The position numbers and the translations under genes are program-made. DNA of 21,114 bases, taken from the IMG/VR virus record IMGVR_UViG_2061766007_000472; one strand, given 5' to 3'. The notes under the pieces were generated by a model. That model was not told the origin of the DNA. It made no database searches and worked only from the letters and a program-made list of their open reading frames with translations. Below, in pieces: positions 19,304-21,114 of the stretch. How positions within the stretch are numbered: the stretch's first letter is position 1; every line of letters begins with the position of its first letter. This DNA comes from an uncultured virus (IMG/VR IMGVR_UViG_2061766007_000472) (Duplodnaviria; Heunggongvirae; Uroviricota; Caudoviricetes).

Positions 19304-19956
19304 TCGGCGTATTTCCAGACGAAGCCGTTGTGGGTTTTCATCCTTCCTGCGCAACAATGCGAAATGTCGCTCCTATGTGAATTGGTTTTAACCGCAGCTT
19401 CTTTAAGGGATGGATATTCCGCCACAAAAGTACCGTCAAGTGAATATTGAAGCACTTTCTTGAAAAACTTCACCCTTACCTCTGGATTTTTCATCGGGTT
19501 TTTGTCTCCCATAAACTTCGCCCTTACCTCTGGATTTTTCATCGGGTTGTTGTCTCCACTTATCCTCTTCACGAAATCGACCCTCAGCTCCTCGTATTTG
19601 TCGGAAATCCATCCAAGCTCAGCGTCCCCTTTCCATTCGATTGCATTTACCATTCTCCAAAACGCATAGCACATGCTGTTTTCCGAGTTTTTGTCGTCCG
19701 TCTCGTGCTTGTAGTGCTGCCACAGAAAAAAATGCGCCCTGACGTGCTCCTTCGGAGTAAGCCGTATCAGATTGCTCGGGTCGTTCGCAAGCTCTGGGGA
19801 AATGCTTTTCGGCCTTATGTGATGGACTTCGAACGGCACTCCGTCTGGAATCGGATTCCTCCTCCTGTAGTCTATCAGTTCCCGATACTGCTCCAGGTAA
19901 GTCTTTCCGTTCGTCTCGAAAATAACTTGTCTCGTCTCTTCTTCCATGTCTCTCAT
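19304..19956 (-). CDS. HNH homing endonuclease with NUMOD3-like repeats and a NUMOD1 domain (3' end in gap)
   Basis: EVHHIRPKS...NLIRLTPKEHVRAH; GDxNPMKNPEVR x2; VLQYSLDGTFVAEYPSLKEAA...ISHCC...GFVWKY. Confidence 0.85.
19473..19558. repeat. 48-bp-period coding tandem repeat
   Basis: cccttacctctggatttttcatcgggtt(t/g)ttgtctcc starts at 19473 and 19521. Confidence 0.85.
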
Positions 19957-19974
19957 ATCATTTATTGGCTTTAT

Positions 19975-20004
19975 ATTATACTGGGACGTGCGGGCGGGTA
20001 AATA
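19975..20004. promoter_or_regulatory. Divergent promoter pair: TATAAT on - (19975-19980) and GTAAATA on + (19998-20004)
   Basis: Inverted copy of the arrangement at the other junctions. A + strand TATAAT (20003-20008) also overlaps it. Confidence 0.55.
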
Positions 20005-20012
20005 TAATCATC

Positions 20013-21005
20013 ATGCTACTAGAACAATACATAACCCAACTCAGGGAAGAGGTCCTCAAAACCGAAACCCAGAAATACAGGCTAGAGGACGAGAAGCAAA
20101 CCGTTCATCTCCAGGAATACAACAGGATAATCGAGAACAGGGAAAAGGACCCGATTCTTCCCAGGATACCCTGGCTCGGGAAATACGTCGGGGAATACAG
20201 CGAGAAGCACCACATAAGGCCGAAGTCGCTCTTTCCAGAACTCGCCCACGACCCGAAGAACATAATCAGGCTCCTCCCAAAAGAGCATTTCGCCGCGCAC
20301 TACCACATCTGGATGCACTACAGGGAGACTGGAAACAGGTTCATGGAGGAGAAGATGTGCTGTGCGATAATGAACATGAAGAAAAACCTGAACAACAAAT
20401 ATTTAAAGAAATTCGACATATAGACTGACATAGACTGGCTTTCCGAGGAATACCAGCAGGCAAAGAAAAGGCTGTCGCAGCTAAGGTCCACACCAGTATT
20501 GAAATACGATTCAGACGGAAACTTCCTCGCGGAATACGATTCCATGGGATGCGTGGCGAGCGAATTTGGAATGAAGAACGTCCCAGACAAGTTCAAGACC
20601 AGCATGAAGACTGGCACGATGTTCAGGGGATACGCATGGAGATACAAGACATCCGACGAAATACCGAATAAGATAGAAGTCGTCAAGGAAGAGTTGGCAG
20701 TTTCGACAATTCCAAAAAACTCAAAGCCTATACTGAAATACAGCCTGGACGGAGAGTTTCTTGAGGAATATCCTTCAATAACACACGCCTCATCTAATAA
20801 GACCATGCATAGGACAATACAATGCGCATGCAAAGGAAAAAGACTAAGTGCATATGGTTTCATATGGAGATTCAAGGAAAACGAGGATTTTCCAAGAAGA
20901 ATAGAAGTTTCAGCAGAACAGAAGAAAACATCAATTCTACATGCAGAAAGAACCAGGGCCGTGTTGAAACTTGACATGAATGGAAATGTGCTTGAAAGAT
21001 TCGAT
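20013..21005 (+). CDS. HNH homing endonuclease with multiple NUMOD1 domains (TAG=Gln at 20421; 3' end in gap)
   Basis: EKHHIRPKS...NIIRLLPKEHFAAH, then TAG 20421-20423 in frame with three [VI]LK[YL]xxxGxxLxx[YF] NUMOD1 units. The text after the TAG (IDWLSEEY) matches LGWISDKY of the uninterrupted paralog. Confidence 0.85.
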
Positions 21006-21015
21006 NNNNNNNNNN

Positions 21016-21114
21016 TCTATTCATCGCCTCCTTCACCGCAGCCGACATCTTCGCCCTTAACTCTGGATTTTTCATCGGGTTTTTGTCTCCCATAAACTTC
21101 GCCCTTACCTCTGG
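21016..21114 (-). CDS. Fragment of another NUMOD3-repeat (probably HNH) endonuclease
   Basis: PEVRAKFMGDKNPMKNPELRAKMSAAVKEAMNR; 21061-21114 is identical to 19480-19533. Confidence 0.6.

Noticed and set aside
8901..20977. Long alternative-frame or antisense ORFs (8901..9485, 12804..13304, 14501..15001, 17403..17996, 19447..20001, 20318..20977)
   Set aside because: They are shadows of better-supported genes and have no motifs of their own.
19473..21114. CRISPR array or DGR template/variable repeat pair
   Set aside because: The repeats are in-frame 48-bp coding units without spacers; the distant copy is identical rather than adenine-diversified, and no reverse transcriptase is visible.
1..21114. 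Suppressor tRNA(CUA) or other RNA genes
   Set aside because: No cloverleaf or T-loop signature seen in the short intergenic regions; one could lie in a gap or elsewhere in the genome.

Overview
A 21-kb gapped scaffold fragment of a large T4-like/jumbo-type dsDNA phage, marked by a gp21-type prohead protease. It appears to read TAG as Gln (genetic code 15). Reading through 28 in-frame TAG codons rebuilds five genes that the standard-code ORF track shows as fragments: a repeat-rich fibre/adhesin, a ~750-aa BspA-type leucine-rich-repeat protein, a 576-aa nucleotidyltransferase-SleB hydrolase-LysM fusion, a 264-aa acidic protein and an HNH-NUMOD1 endonuclease. All TAG-containing genes lie downstream of a putative late promoter motif (GTAAATA). 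Genes led only by TATAAT are TAG-free and often look leaderless; they include a PD-(D/E)XK exonuclease, a DUF488-like protein, rmlB, rmlC, a Ste24-like M48 peptidase and a paralog family with a shared C-terminus. The two motifs sit back-to-back at all five divergent junctions. No tRNA, rRNA or CRISPR array was seen. All assignments come from manual motif recognition; no database searches were run.
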